Notes under the pieces: generated by a model | Database searches by the model: none | What the model was told of the DNA's origin: nothing | Seen by the model: only the letters and a program-made list of their open reading frames with translations | DNA from: Parcubacteria group bacterium | Lineage (GTDB): Bacteria; Patescibacteriota; Patescibacteriia; UBA1558; GWA2-36-10 | Direction of reading: 5' to 3' | Length of the DNA: 64,000 bases | Assembly: GCA_003104935.1 (NCBI GenBank) | Contig: PQAE01000002.1 | Coordinates: 3,527-67,526, forward strand | In this document: positions 53,536 to 63,327 of the stretch, piece after piece | Numbering within the stretch: the stretch's first letter is position 1 | Layout of the letters: every line of letters starts with the position of its first letter | Translations under genes and position numbers: made by a program

Positions 53536-54747
53536 ATGCCTAATATTAGCCAAAACGAACAAAGGCCCACGGAGCTAAAAGACAAAAAAATCCTTTTTGT
53601 GGTTACCCAGACCAAATGGGGCGGTGCCCAAAAGTATGTTTTAGAGCTGGCCCAGTACTTTAAACAGCACAACGAGGTGCACATTGCCTACGGCCAGACC
53701 AAGGAGCTTAACCCCAAGTTTATAGAGCTCTGCCAAAAACTGGAAATCAAGACAATTCCTCTGCCGTCTCTGGCCAGAAACATAGATCTGGGCAAAGATT
53801 TTCTGGCCGCCCTGGAATTACAAAAAGTTTTGAGCAAAGAAAATTATCAGCTCATACATCTCAATAGTTCCAAAGCCGGAGCGATCGGAGCGCTGGCCGG
53901 ATTGCTCTATGGCTTAAATCCTATGAACACCCGACTGCGCATAGTCTATACTGCCCACGGTTTTGTTTTTAACGAACCGGGTTCTAAATTCCAAAAATTT
54001 CTATATAAGACGTCGGAAACAATTTCCACCACTTTGCAAAGCGTGATTATCGCCGTCTCGGACTATGACCGCCAAAGCGCGATTGATTTCAAGGTAGTGC
54101 CGGCCGGAAAGATATTTACCGTGCACAACGGCGTGGATCCTAAGGATTATATTTTTCTAAGCCCGGAACAAGCACGGCAAGAATTGGGACTATCATCCGA
54201 TAAAAAATATTTCGGCACTATCGCCAGCTTTTACAATGTCAAAGGATATAATTATTTGGTGGAAGCTATCGGACAATTACGGGATAATAATTCTCCATTA
54301 ATTTCAGATCATCGCTGGATATTTATCGGTGAAGGTCCGGAGTTGGAACGCATCAGTAAACAGATCAACGACAACAAATTAAATGATTTGATAACGATAG
54401 TAGCCCCCAAAAACGACGACTGGAAATATCTGCCTGCTTTTGATTTTCTGATTTTGCCCTCGGTCAAGGAAGGATTGCCCTATGTCCTGCTGGAGGCGGG
54501 ACTGGCGCAGGTACCGAGCATAGCCAGTCATGTCGGAGGCATACCGGAAATCATCATTGATGGCCAGACTGGACTGCTGACCACCGCCGCCAATCCCCTC
54601 TCTTTAATTGACGCTATGAATAAATTTGCGGAAAATAAAAAATTAGCCGACACTCTGGCTAAAAATAATTACCAAAATATTTTGACTAATTTTAGTCTGA
54701 CTAAAACTCTGCACCGGACCGAAGAAATCTACCTCAAGCTTTTTTAA
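53536..54747 (+). CDS. Glycosyltransferase family 4
   Basis: EGLPYVLLEAGLAQVPSIASHVGGIPEIIIDGQTGLL. This is the only plus-strand gene in the 3' half. It is divergent from 52212..53348 and convergent with the sensor kinase. Confidence 0.8.
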   Translation: MPNISQNEQRPTELKDKKILFVVTQTKWGGAQKYVLELAQYFKQHNEVHIAYGQTKELNPKFIELCQKLEIKTIPLPSLARNIDLGKDFLAALELQKVLSKENYQLIHLNSSKAGAIGALAGLLYGLNPMNTRLRIVYTAHGFVFNEPGSKFQKFLYKTSETISTTLQSVIIAVSDYDRQSAIDFKVVPAGKIFTVHNGVDPKDYIFLSPEQARQELGLSSDKKYFGTIASFYNVKGYNYLVEAIGQLRDNNSPLISDHRWIFIGEGPELERISKQINDNKLNDLITIVAPKNDDWKYLPAFDFLILPSVKEGLPYVLLEAGLAQVPSIASHVGGIPEIIIDGQTGLLTTAANPLSLIDAMNKFAENKKLADTLAKNNYQNILTNFSLTKTLHRTEEIYLKLF

Positions 54748-57532
54748 TCTCTTCTGTAGCTAATTTTAATCCGTCCTTAAAGGGCAGGGTAAACTGGAAA
54801 GTACTGCCTAGCCCCTTGCCTTCGCTCTCGGCCCAAATCTGACCGCCATGCTCTTTGATCATTTTTTGCGCTATAAACAAACCCAGTCCGGAGCCGCCGG
54901 TATGGATCTGGGCTACGCCCGATCCGCGCACAAACTTCCGAAACAAACCGCCGACTTCAGCCGGATCGATGCCAATACCGGTGTCTTTGACCATGAAGGT
55001 CAGAAAGTCCTGATCATATTTAGTGGATACAATAACCGCACCCTGGGGAGTATATTTGACGGCATTATCCACCAGATTGATAATAACATTGCGAATCTTG
55101 TCCGGGTCAGCTACGATCATCGGTGTAGATTTATCGGCCTTGAAATTTAACTTCAGGCCTTTTTTAATTACCTGATTCTGCAATTCCGCGACCACCGAAT
55201 CAATCAGATTATTTATTTGGATAGGATGCTTGTCCAGCTTGAGATGACCGGACTCAATGCGGGAGACATCCAAAAAAATATCCACCTGGCGGGCTAACCG
55301 GTTAGAGCTTTCATAAACTCCGGCCAGCACTTCCTTGATCCGCGGACTGGTAACCTTGCCAAAATCCCCGTCCATCAACATGGACAAATACCCTTTGATG
55401 GCCGAGATCGGGGTGCGCAATTGGTGCGAGGCGATGGACAAGAACTCGGACTTGGCTTTGTCCAGGTCGCGCAAATGCATATTGGCTTCCTGCAAATCGC
55501 GATTGGCTTTTTGGAGATTATTATATAATTTAAGATTACTGGAAACTATACCGACCTGGTTGGTCAAAGCGGTCATGGTCTCGATGTCCATCGAGGATAT
55601 CTTGGTTTGTTCTATTTTCAGAAAAAACTGAACCACGCCGATGATACCTCCCTCAGAATAGACCGGAATACAAACCACACTCTTTACCCCCAAAACCTTT
55701 TGGATAGTATCAATGATTGCTTTACTAACCGGCGGCGACAAAAAATCCGAGATCTTGGCGGACATATTTATCTTGCCGGACATAAAAGTCTGCACGCCCA
55801 GATTATAGCCCTCTTGCAGAAGCGAACGATAATTAAACGGATCCTGAGGCAACATCTTTAGCACCTGGGCGGTAAATTCATTTTGAGTAATGGCCGCCAT
55901 CTTTAGTGAGTTACTTTCTTTATCTACAAAGCTAAGTAAGCCGCCGACATAACCCAGCTCTGAGGCGATACTGTTGGCGATGGCCTGATTGACTTTATTC
56001 AGATCCAAACTGCGACTAATCAAAGTACTGACCCCCTGCATCGTAGTCAAAAACTTATTGCGCTCTTCCAGGCTAAGATTGGCCACGCTCAAACTCTTGG
56101 TCCGCTCTTCTACCTTGACCTGCAAACTGCGGTTTAGTTCTTCCACGTCTTCATAAAGTTTTGATTTTTCCAAAGCCGTGGCGATCTGGGGCATCAGCAC
56201 CTCAAAAAAGTTTATTTCCTCACTACTGTAGAGATCACCGGACTGCTTGGCACCAAAAAACATGATGGCCGTCAGGCGCTCGGTCTCCACAATAGGCAGA
56301 ACCATTTCAATCTTCTTGGTCTCGGCTTCTTGAATAAAATAGTCGATAGCTTGATAATCAGCGGTGTTTTCCTTAAAATTTTCCTTGTCGCGTAAAAACT
56401 CGTCCAAGACTATTAGCTTGCGGTGTTTTTTGACAAAATTTATGAAATCCACACTAAGACTGGTGGCAATATCTACACCGCTTTTAGCAGTTAGTTCATA
56501 ATGGTCGTTGGTAGCCAGCCAAAAAGAAACTTTTTTTATTTTTAATTCTTTGACTAAGCTGTCGACAAATTTCTGAAGTAAGTCCTGTAGATCTATTTCC
56601 CGGGCCAGCACCAGACCCACTCTCTGCAAAACTTTTTGATAATCGATTTTATCCTTATAAAAAATGGAGTCGGTGATTCTAGCCCAGACTCGTTTTACTG
56701 GATCAAGCGCGAACACCACAATAGTAGCCGCGACAATATAGACAAATATTTTGCTTACCTGTGTATTTGCACCTAAATACGTGCTAGCCAAAAATACTGA
56801 TAAAGAAAAGAAACTTGCAACAGCACCTACTAATACCGTGTAAAGAATACTACGAGTTACTATCAGTCTTATGTTCATTAATCGGTATTTTACAATTGCA
56901 TACGCCATTAATATGGCGTACAGTGAAACAAAAAAATTACCTGCCGGATAAAAATCCACATCGAAATCCAGTAAAAAATTAGTTGACCCACCTATAATTC
57001 CCACTAACGAGGCATAAAGCATGTATTGTAATCTTTTCTTTTTGTACCCAACATTAATTCTTGTAGAGCTATACAAAAGAAATAAACTATAGGCAAGAAC
57101 TGCAACAAAAAAAATCACAAAATATGCGTACATCCCTCCTGTTGCTACTGGCCAATATCCAAAACTATTCCTTGGTAATATGTTTTTTAAAAACAAACTA
57201 GAAAAACTAAATATCAAGAAAAATAAAGTAGCCAAATAGACAATTTTCAACTTTATCCTATTTGTATCATAATAGTTAGTCAAATATAATGTATAATGAA
57301 AGAAAAAAGCTGGTAACAATATTGTCCCTATATACAAAACTCTTTGAGAAAAAAGGGCAGAGCCTTCATGTTGCGACACAACGCTACCAAACAATCCAAT
57401 GGTCCATAAAAAAATAGCCAAACTGTTTAAAAACCATAGTTTATTAATAACTCCTTTCCTTGTTAACACAAAAATTCCTAATATAAAGGTGAGGATCGCT
57501 GTTGTTAAACAAGAAATTGCAAAAAAGTTCAT
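54734..57532 (-). CDS. Sensor histidine kinase with N-terminal multi-TM (about 7 TM) input domain, GAF domain(s), HisKA and HATPase_c
   Basis: It has HisKA (SHQLRTPISAIKGYLSML), an N/G-box kinase domain (LVDNAVKYT...DTGIGID...GSGLGLFIAQ...GSTFQFTLP) and GAF-like regions (..CIPVYSEGGIIGVVQF). No cognate response regulator is adjacent. Confidence 0.85.
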   Translation of the reverse strand: MNFFAISCLTTAILTFILGIFVLTRKGVINKLWFLNSLAIFLWTIGLFGSVVSQHEGSALFSQRVLYIGTILLPAFFFHYTLYLTNYYDTNRIKLKIVYLATLFFLIFSFSSLFLKNILPRNSFGYWPVATGGMYAYFVIFFVAVLAYSLFLLYSSTRINVGYKKKRLQYMLYASLVGIIGGSTNFLLDFDVDFYPAGNFFVSLYAILMAYAIVKYRLMNIRLIVTRSILYTVLVGAVASFFSLSVFLASTYLGANTQVSKIFVYIVAATIVVFALDPVKRVWARITDSIFYKDKIDYQKVLQRVGLVLAREIDLQDLLQKFVDSLVKELKIKKVSFWLATNDHYELTAKSGVDIATSLSVDFINFVKKHRKLIVLDEFLRDKENFKENTADYQAIDYFIQEAETKKIEMVLPIVETERLTAIMFFGAKQSGDLYSSEEINFFEVLMPQIATALEKSKLYEDVEELNRSLQVKVEERTKSLSVANLSLEERNKFLTTMQGVSTLISRSLDLNKVNQAIANSIASELGYVGGLLSFVDKESNSLKMAAITQNEFTAQVLKMLPQDPFNYRSLLQEGYNLGVQTFMSGKINMSAKISDFLSPPVSKAIIDTIQKVLGVKSVVCIPVYSEGGIIGVVQFFLKIEQTKISSMDIETMTALTNQVGIVSSNLKLYNNLQKANRDLQEANMHLRDLDKAKSEFLSIASHQLRTPISAIKGYLSMLMDGDFGKVTSPRIKEVLAGVYESSNRLARQVDIFLDVSRIESGHLKLDKHPIQINNLIDSVVAELQNQVIKKGLKLNFKADKSTPMIVADPDKIRNVIINLVDNAVKYTPQGAVIVSTKYDQDFLTFMVKDTGIGIDPAEVGGLFRKFVRGSGVAQIHTGGSGLGLFIAQKMIKEHGGQIWAESEGKGLGSTFQFTLPFKDGLKLATEEIKKA

Positions 57533-58227
57533 TTTTTAAGGTAAACCAATACTAAAAAAATTAAATAATAAAAAAAGTTTTTTTTCTTAAGCCACGAAAA
57601 AAAAATTTCCTTTGATATCCTCCCTCCATGAAAATCTTCTGGGTTGCAGTTTCTAATATAATCCAGACAAACATTTGAAATAAAAAATTTAAGCCTGTTC
57701 TTATAAGAAATTTTTCTGCTAGTATAACTATCAATATTTTTTACTAGCCCGCTTTCATCTATTAAATATTTCTTATCAATAAAATTAATATAGTCATTCG
57801 GCATACTCCAATTATGATCATATTCATATCCAAATAGCTTAATCTTTTTCTCTAGGTCTCTGTCTATCGAGCAGTCAAGTTCTGTCGTCGTACTATTGTA
57901 TTTAACAACAACAAAAAAATGAACAGAATTCTCTGATAAATAATTTGCTATCTCTGTTATGGTGAAACGTCCGAATATTCTCCTAGCATTTATCCTTAAA
58001 ATCTTGTAGTACGTTTCAAAACCGTTATCTGATAACAACTTATGAAGGAGACGGCTTTTGGTAGTGCACATCCCATTTCTAACACGTAAAACTTTTTGAG
58101 GTTCTAGAGTCCAATCCCCAAATTTGTAATTTACATTATCTTTTACAAATAAAAATAATTTTTCTACTAAGTCTTCACCCCTGTGTAGTTTTATTATGCC
58201 TTCTAGTCTATTCGCCAAACTTATCAT
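57529..58227 (-). CDS. Transglutaminase-like superfamily protein with C-terminal TM anchor (tentative)
   Basis: A candidate Cys-His-Asp triad is spaced as in the transglutaminase-like core (RNGMCTTKSRLL ... SVHFFVVVKY ... ELDCSIDRD). It has a C-terminal hydrophobic helix and a 4-nt overlap with the kinase start. Confidence 0.35.
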   Translation of the reverse strand: MISLANRLEGIIKLHRGEDLVEKLFLFVKDNVNYKFGDWTLEPQKVLRVRNGMCTTKSRLLHKLLSDNGFETYYKILRINARRIFGRFTITEIANYLSENSVHFFVVVKYNSTTTELDCSIDRDLEKKIKLFGYEYDHNWSMPNDYINFIDKKYLIDESGLVKNIDSYTSRKISYKNRLKFFISNVCLDYIRNCNPEDFHGGRISKEIFFSWLKKKNFFYYLIFLVLVYLKK

Positions 58228-58855
58228 AGACGATTTTTATAAGCTCCTTTGCAATATTAGTTTTCCCCGCGACTTCTTTAACACCTCTTTCGTAAACTAT
58301 ATAAACTCTATGATTATTTTTCATTTCTCTAAAATCGTTAGCCACTATCACATCCGCGTTTGCTCTGTCCTTACTCTTTTTTGCAACCTCTAGTAGTTCT
58401 TCCCTATTCTTGTCAACTTCTAATTTAAACATTATTAAAAAAATGCTAGCGTCTGCTTTTTTAAACAAATCCACAATTTTTTCTGTGGGCACTAGATGCA
58501 ATACTAATTCAGGTTGTCCTGATTTTATTTTACCCTCCTTGTAATCAGCTAATTTATAGTCCGAAACTGCGGAAGAATGAATCACAACATCATAATCATT
58601 CTTAATCTCTCTTAAAACTAAGCTGTACAAGTCATCGTAATATTTATATCTAACAATATTAAGACCTTTCTTAAAAGATTCCTCTATTTCGATATCAGAA
58701 TTACCCAATAATAACTTTACTTCCGCTCCCGATTCGACAAACTCTTTAGCTATTTCAATGCCCAACCTACCTTTAAATATATTTGTTATGACCCTAACAC
58801 TATCAATAGGTATATATGTGCTACCCGCGGTAATTAAAACTTTTAGTTTTTTCAT
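58208..58855 (-). CDS. coaB: Phosphopantothenate-cysteine ligase (CoaB domain protein)
   Basis: KVLITAGSTYIPIDSVRVITNIFKGRLGIEIA parallels the CoaB motif VLITAGPT.EPIDPVR.I.N.SSGKMG. It is a separate gene from coaC. Confidence 0.7.
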   Translation of the reverse strand: MKKLKVLITAGSTYIPIDSVRVITNIFKGRLGIEIAKEFVESGAEVKLLLGNSDIEIEESFKKGLNIVRYKYYDDLYSLVLREIKNDYDVVIHSSAVSDYKLADYKEGKIKSGQPELVLHLVPTEKIVDLFKKADASIFLIMFKLEVDKNREELLEVAKKSKDRANADVIVANDFREMKNNHRVYIVYERGVKEVAGKTNIAKELIKIVYDKFGE

Positions 58856-58859
58856 TGAT

Positions 58860-59417
58860 TTAAATATTTTTTTCGATTGTTTTAATAATGTTTTCTGTCT
58901 CCGCTACTTTGCCTATTCCTTCGTCTCTGCATGCTAAAAGTCCTGGCTGTGGATCTTCAAATATGTATTTATTATCTATTTTTTTTAAATAATCTACATT
59001 GTCCTGAGTTATCCTGTTGAGCCACATCTCGGTATTCATAGCTGGTGCGATGACCACCTTCTTATTTTGTGGTAGCGCCATAATTACAGTAGTTAACATG
59101 TTGTCTGCTATACCATTCGCCAACTTGCCGATAGTATTAGCGGTTGCTGGTGCCAATACAAATATGTCACACCATTTAGCGAGAGAAATATGTTCCACTT
59201 CTTCAGCGTTGATTGATGAAAACATGTCAGTGTATACAGCCCTATTCGTTAGAGCCTGGAACGTTATGGGAGTAACAAATTTAGTAGCCGCTTCAGTCAT
59301 TATTACTCTAACCTCCGCGCCATTCTTCAATAACTGATTAATCAAAGTAGCAATCTTGTATGCTGCAATGCCCCCAGAGATACCAACTAATATTTTTTTT
59401 CCTTGTAACTTACTCAT
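58860..59417 (-). CDS. coaC: Phosphopantothenoylcysteine decarboxylase flavoprotein (CoaC domain protein)
   Basis: GKKILVGISGGIAAYKIATLINQLLKNGAEVRVIMTEAATKFVTPITFQALT is the flavoprotein signature. ...PAMNTEMW... is also present. Confidence 0.8.
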   Translation of the reverse strand: MSKLQGKKILVGISGGIAAYKIATLINQLLKNGAEVRVIMTEAATKFVTPITFQALTNRAVYTDMFSSINAEEVEHISLAKWCDIFVLAPATANTIGKLANGIADNMLTTVIMALPQNKKVVIAPAMNTEMWLNRITQDNVDYLKKIDNKYIFEDPQPGLLACRDEGIGKVAETENIIKTIEKNI

Positions 59418-59435
59418 AGTATTATTATCATTTTA

Positions 59436-61139
59436 TTATATATATTTTATTCTTTCCAAGACTCGATTTCTCCTCAACTTCAGCGTCGGCGTCAGTGATC
59501 CATTTTCTTGCGTAAACTCCTCGGCTAACAATTTAAAATTACTGATCTGCTCTACCTCGGACAAATGCGTTATTTTTTCATTTATTTTTTCCTGATAAAA
59601 ATCTAATATTTTTTGTTCGCCTAGATTGAAAGCCACATTATTTTTCCGGCACCAGATCTTTAACTGCTCAAAATTTGGCACAATCAGCGCGGAAATATGT
59701 TTGTCTCTATCACCATAAACCATGCTCTGACTGATATAGCGGCTCTCATTGAGAGTATTTTCTATGGGCTCGGGAAAAATATTTTTGCCCGTAGATAATA
59801 CTATCACATCTTTGGCCCGGCCGATAATGGTGATAAAGCCCTCTTTATCCATAAAACCCAGGTCACCGGTATGGAGCCAACCCTCGGCATCAATGATTTC
59901 CGCTGTCTGGGTTTCATTTTTATAATATCCGGCCATGACATTTTCACCCTTGACTAGTATTTCCTTATCAACGCTGATTTTAACCTGATTACAATCAATG
60001 GCCTGGCCCACGGTGCCAAAACGCCTAAACCCCTGGTGGTTCACCGAGATAATCGGACTGGTCTCAGTCATGCCATAACCTTCCAATATAATAATGCCTA
60101 GGTCATCAAAAAAACGGATTATTTTTGTGTCCAACGAAGCGCCCCCGGAAATAGCCAATCTTAATTTAGCTCCAAAAATTGCCCGAATTTTGCGCAGGAC
60201 GATCAGATCCAAAAAACTCCATTTGATCATTCCCCACCTGTTTAATTTTCTGGCCCGTTTGGCCACAGCCAGCTGTAGACTATTAAAAAACAATTTCTTT
60301 TTGGAATTACTACCGGCTTCTACCTTATCAAAGATCGTGCCGTAAATCTTTTCAAAAATTCTGGGTACGCTGGACAATATGGTCGGGCGCGCCCGGCGGA
60401 TATCTTCAATAATAGTTTTACTGCTCCGGGCAAAAAATATGCTGGCGCCGGCTGACAAAGGCACATAATAACCGGCGGTGCGTTCAAAAGCGTGCGACAA
60501 GGGCAAAAAAGAAAAAAATCGGTCAGTGGGGTAAATCGGTATGACCCGCTTGGCCGACTCTACGTCACTAATAATATTATGGTGAGTCAACATCACGGCC
60601 TTGGGGTCGCCTGTGGTGCCCGAAGTATAGACGATAGTATGTACCGCATCGGGCAAGATCTGTTCCGCTTTGATATTTGTCTCGGATACATGGTCTAAGT
60701 CCGGCCAGATCAATGTCTTATTGCTTTCGTCATTTATCTGTCCGCCCACTAAGATGACCTTTTGCAGGGGCAATTTATTGATAACTTCTTTGTACTTATC
60801 AAAATACTCTTTGTAGATTATTAAAAATTTTGAGCCGCTATGTTCAACAATACGGCTGATATACTCGGCATTAAACGTCGTGTGAATCGGCACTACTACC
60901 AAACCAAGGGTCGCCGCCGCCAGATCGCTCATGATCCACTGCGGACTATTGGTCAGCATGACAGCGATCTTATCTCCCTTTTCAGCGCCGATATTTCTCA
61001 AAAAGACCGCTAATTTCAGACGATATTGCTCTAATTGCCAATAGCTGATGGTTTGGTAACGCCCTGCCGACAGAAAAGCCAAAGCAGTATTGCTGTTATA
61101 TTGATTAGCTACCTGTGCAAATTTTACTGCTATATTCAT
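59436..61139 (-). CDS. AMP-dependent synthetase/ligase (long-chain acyl-CoA synthetase-like)
   Basis: AMP-binding motif I is TSGTTGDPKAVMLTHHNI. Motif II is (Y)GMTET. Also present are ...GWLHTGDLG... and a C-terminal lysine region. Confidence 0.85.
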   Translation of the reverse strand: MNIAVKFAQVANQYNSNTALAFLSAGRYQTISYWQLEQYRLKLAVFLRNIGAEKGDKIAVMLTNSPQWIMSDLAAATLGLVVVPIHTTFNAEYISRIVEHSGSKFLIIYKEYFDKYKEVINKLPLQKVILVGGQINDESNKTLIWPDLDHVSETNIKAEQILPDAVHTIVYTSGTTGDPKAVMLTHHNIISDVESAKRVIPIYPTDRFFSFLPLSHAFERTAGYYVPLSAGASIFFARSSKTIIEDIRRARPTILSSVPRIFEKIYGTIFDKVEAGSNSKKKLFFNSLQLAVAKRARKLNRWGMIKWSFLDLIVLRKIRAIFGAKLRLAISGGASLDTKIIRFFDDLGIIILEGYGMTETSPIISVNHQGFRRFGTVGQAIDCNQVKISVDKEILVKGENVMAGYYKNETQTAEIIDAEGWLHTGDLGFMDKEGFITIIGRAKDVIVLSTGKNIFPEPIENTLNESRYISQSMVYGDRDKHISALIVPNFEQLKIWCRKNNVAFNLGEQKILDFYQEKINEKITHLSEVEQISNFKLLAEEFTQENGSLTPTLKLRRNRVLERIKYI

Positions 61140-61358
61140 CTCTGGGCTGTTTATGGGCTAATTTTACCACAAACAAAAAACTGCTACAACATAGAGCAGT
61201 AGAAAAAGTCAATATGATTGTAAATCCTACGTTTTGTTTAAATTAAATCTTTATCAGGGTCGTTGCTTATACTGCACTCGCTCCAGCAAAATTAGACAAA
61301 TAGGACAGTGTTAAAGCCAACAGAAATGGTAAAAGAACGAATTTGACAGACTAAGGGT

Positions 61359-62162
61359 TTAATGTAATAACCTAGCGGCTCTATCTTCTGCGCTTTGTAT
61401 AGCTGATTTAACTTCTTTTTCTATAATCTTATCAAGACGCTCTAATGAAATAAGGTTTCTGGAAAATTCGTTTTGTTTAGCTTTATTATGAAAATATTTA
61501 AAATTAGTTCCTTCACACTTCCATAAAAACCATTTTCCACTCCTTTTACGCAGATGATTATTATAAATCTTTACTTGTGTCATTATTTCTATACCTTGTT
61601 TGATAAATTTATCAATAAACTCATCTACGGCATTAGCAAATCCTTCAAGATTGTAGGCATAGTCTTCTCTTTGCCGAGCAGAATCTGGATTTTGATTTTG
61701 CCTCATCAAGGCTATATGTAGTTCGTTTTTTCTTAGTAAATCTGCAAAATCATTTCTAAGACCTGCTACTGTCTCATTTGTCTCTTTAATGCCAGCATCT
61801 GCCCATAAAATCTTATTATGTAGATAATAACTTTTTATCTTAAAATTTGGCACCTCTACATCACGATAAACATCTCGTATAGTTGGATAATTTGTGGTTT
61901 CAAGAGAAAAATTACGTTTGCCTGCTGTGGCTCTTATTCGAGTCACTAGGGCTCTTAATCTTGAAACAAACGCCTGTAATTTTTGGCGTGTTTTATATGT
62001 ATCATCTAAACTTCTAGTTATACTAATTTCTATTCGCCGCAGATGCTCTTTACGTTCTTCTTTCTTGCTTATTACTACCTTAAACCAAGCACCGAGACCT
62101 AAAAGAAAAGGACCAAGTGCAGCTCCAATCAATGTTTGCCATTTTGATAAGAAATCTATCAT
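61359..62162 (-). CDS. Hypothetical protein with N-terminal TM helix (AT-rich region)
   Basis: The 267-aa protein has no recognisable catalytic motif. It is an R/K-rich helical protein with an N-terminal hydrophobic segment LIGAALGPFLLGLGAWF. Confidence 0.3.
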   Translation of the reverse strand: MIDFLSKWQTLIGAALGPFLLGLGAWFKVVISKKEERKEHLRRIEISITRSLDDTYKTRQKLQAFVSRLRALVTRIRATAGKRNFSLETTNYPTIRDVYRDVEVPNFKIKSYYLHNKILWADAGIKETNETVAGLRNDFADLLRKNELHIALMRQNQNPDSARQREDYAYNLEGFANAVDEFIDKFIKQGIEIMTQVKIYNNHLRKRSGKWFLWKCEGTNFKYFHNKAKQNEFSRNLISLERLDKIIEKEVKSAIQSAEDRAARLLH

Positions 62163-62206
62163 AAGTATACGCTCAATGGCGACCTAAAGACATCCGGTTA
62201 ATCAAG

Positions 62207-62449
62207 TTATACTAAATCTTTCTCTGCATCAATTCCATCCAAACTAATATCTTTCAAATCTATTTCAAAAGCTTCAGCTTGCTGTTGCAAAATAGAAACT
62301 ACGCTATAATAAGCTAATAAATTACCTTCATTGAAAGAATTTCTCTCTTTCTTTAGTTTATTTTTAGACTCTAAAGCGTCTTCCTTTATTAGTTTAAAGG
62401 TATCTGCTATAAATCCTAGATACTTGTTACTATTATTTTCTTTATCCAT
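62207..62449 (-). CDS. Small acidic hypothetical protein, candidate immunity protein for the upstream RHS-type toxin tip
   Basis: The 80-aa protein lies immediately downstream (8 nt gap) of the toxin C-terminal ORF. It is acidic and helical, which is typical placement for a polymorphic-toxin immunity gene. Confidence 0.3.
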   Translation of the reverse strand: MDKENNSNKYLGFIADTFKLIKEDALESKNKLKKERNSFNEGNLLAYYSVVSILQQQAEAFEIDLKDISLDGIDAEKDLV

Positions 62450-62456
62450 GTTTATA

Positions 62457-63272
62457 TTACTTTAAATTATTTAATATACCCTTCAATATGTTTTGTTGCT
62501 CTTGATTGCGTTGTAAATGTTTTTCCCATTGTCTAATTTGACCTTGTATGTACTGTTCACTGGCATTTCCGAAATCATTAATATACTTGGCTGGATTCTG
62601 CAACTTTTCAATATGCTCTTGAATCCGTTTTCCAAAACTCTGCATACCCTTCTTTAATTCTGCAGCTGATTTATCTAAATACTGCATCATCCAGTTATGG
62701 TGTTTACCGGCACTAGCCAACGAACTACTGTATGCTCCCTCAGCACTACCGATTACGCGATCAATTTGCGCCTGACTAGCAGCATATTTTGTAGATAGCC
62801 CCGTACCTAATCTCTCTTCTATGCCACCTAATAGTAGGATTACACCAAATTTCTGAGGACCACTCCAATTATTATATGGCTCATAAATTGACCCCACAAA
62901 ATCTCTAGATTCACTAGAATTTACAGTTGCTGGATTATAATCATTTCCTGGTGCTTGGGCGACTGGTATGTTCCAAAAAAGCGATGAAAACGCGACTCCA
63001 AGTGCAAACAATATTGGATTATTTCCATCAGGATCCGTATATTTAACCGGATTATTCCCAGCATAACTATAACTGTTCAAATTCTGTGGGTTAGCCAGTT
63101 GTTCTTGAACACTTCTACCATAGGCCTTGGTAAAAGCCTGGTCATCATTTATTATGAAAAGTGCCGGATCTATGGAATTAAACCTCCCCGTAGTATTATC
63201 TAAGTATCTAGCACCGTAGTATTGTAGATTGTTCTCTTGGTCTAATTCTTTACCGGTATAGATTATTTGCAC
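62457..63272 (-). CDS. Orphan RHS/YD-repeat toxin C-terminal module (RHS repeat-associated core remnant plus unknown toxin domain)
   Basis: The ORF begins with the RHS core motif YTGKELDQENNLQYYGARYLDNTTGRFNSIDP...NPQNLNSYSYAGNNPVKYTDPDGNNPIL (canonical: YTGKE.D.ETGLYYYGARYYDP..GRF.S.DP...NLY.YV.NNP....DP.G). It is followed by about 190 aa of unrelated sequence, and no RHS repeats lie upstream in frame. Confidence 0.6.
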   Translation of the reverse strand: MQIIYTGKELDQENNLQYYGARYLDNTTGRFNSIDPALFIINDDQAFTKAYGRSVQEQLANPQNLNSYSYAGNNPVKYTDPDGNNPILFALGVAFSSLFWNIPVAQAPGNDYNPATVNSSESRDFVGSIYEPYNNWSGPQKFGVILLLGGIEERLGTGLSTKYAASQAQIDRVIGSAEGAYSSSLASAGKHHNWMMQYLDKSAAELKKGMQSFGKRIQEHIEKLQNPAKYINDFGNASEQYIQGQIRQWEKHLQRNQEQQNILKGILNNLK

Positions 63273-63327
63273 TACACCTGCTCCAGAATAAGGACTTTTA
63301 ATTAAATTACCTAAGAGATTCTCATTT

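Noticed and set aside
61140-61358. Possible small RNA or terminator hairpin (CTGCT-N9-AGCAG) upstream of the acyl-CoA synthetase gene
   Set aside because: The stem is only 5 bp and there is no adjacent T-tract on the appropriate strand. This is insufficient to call a terminator or ncRNA.
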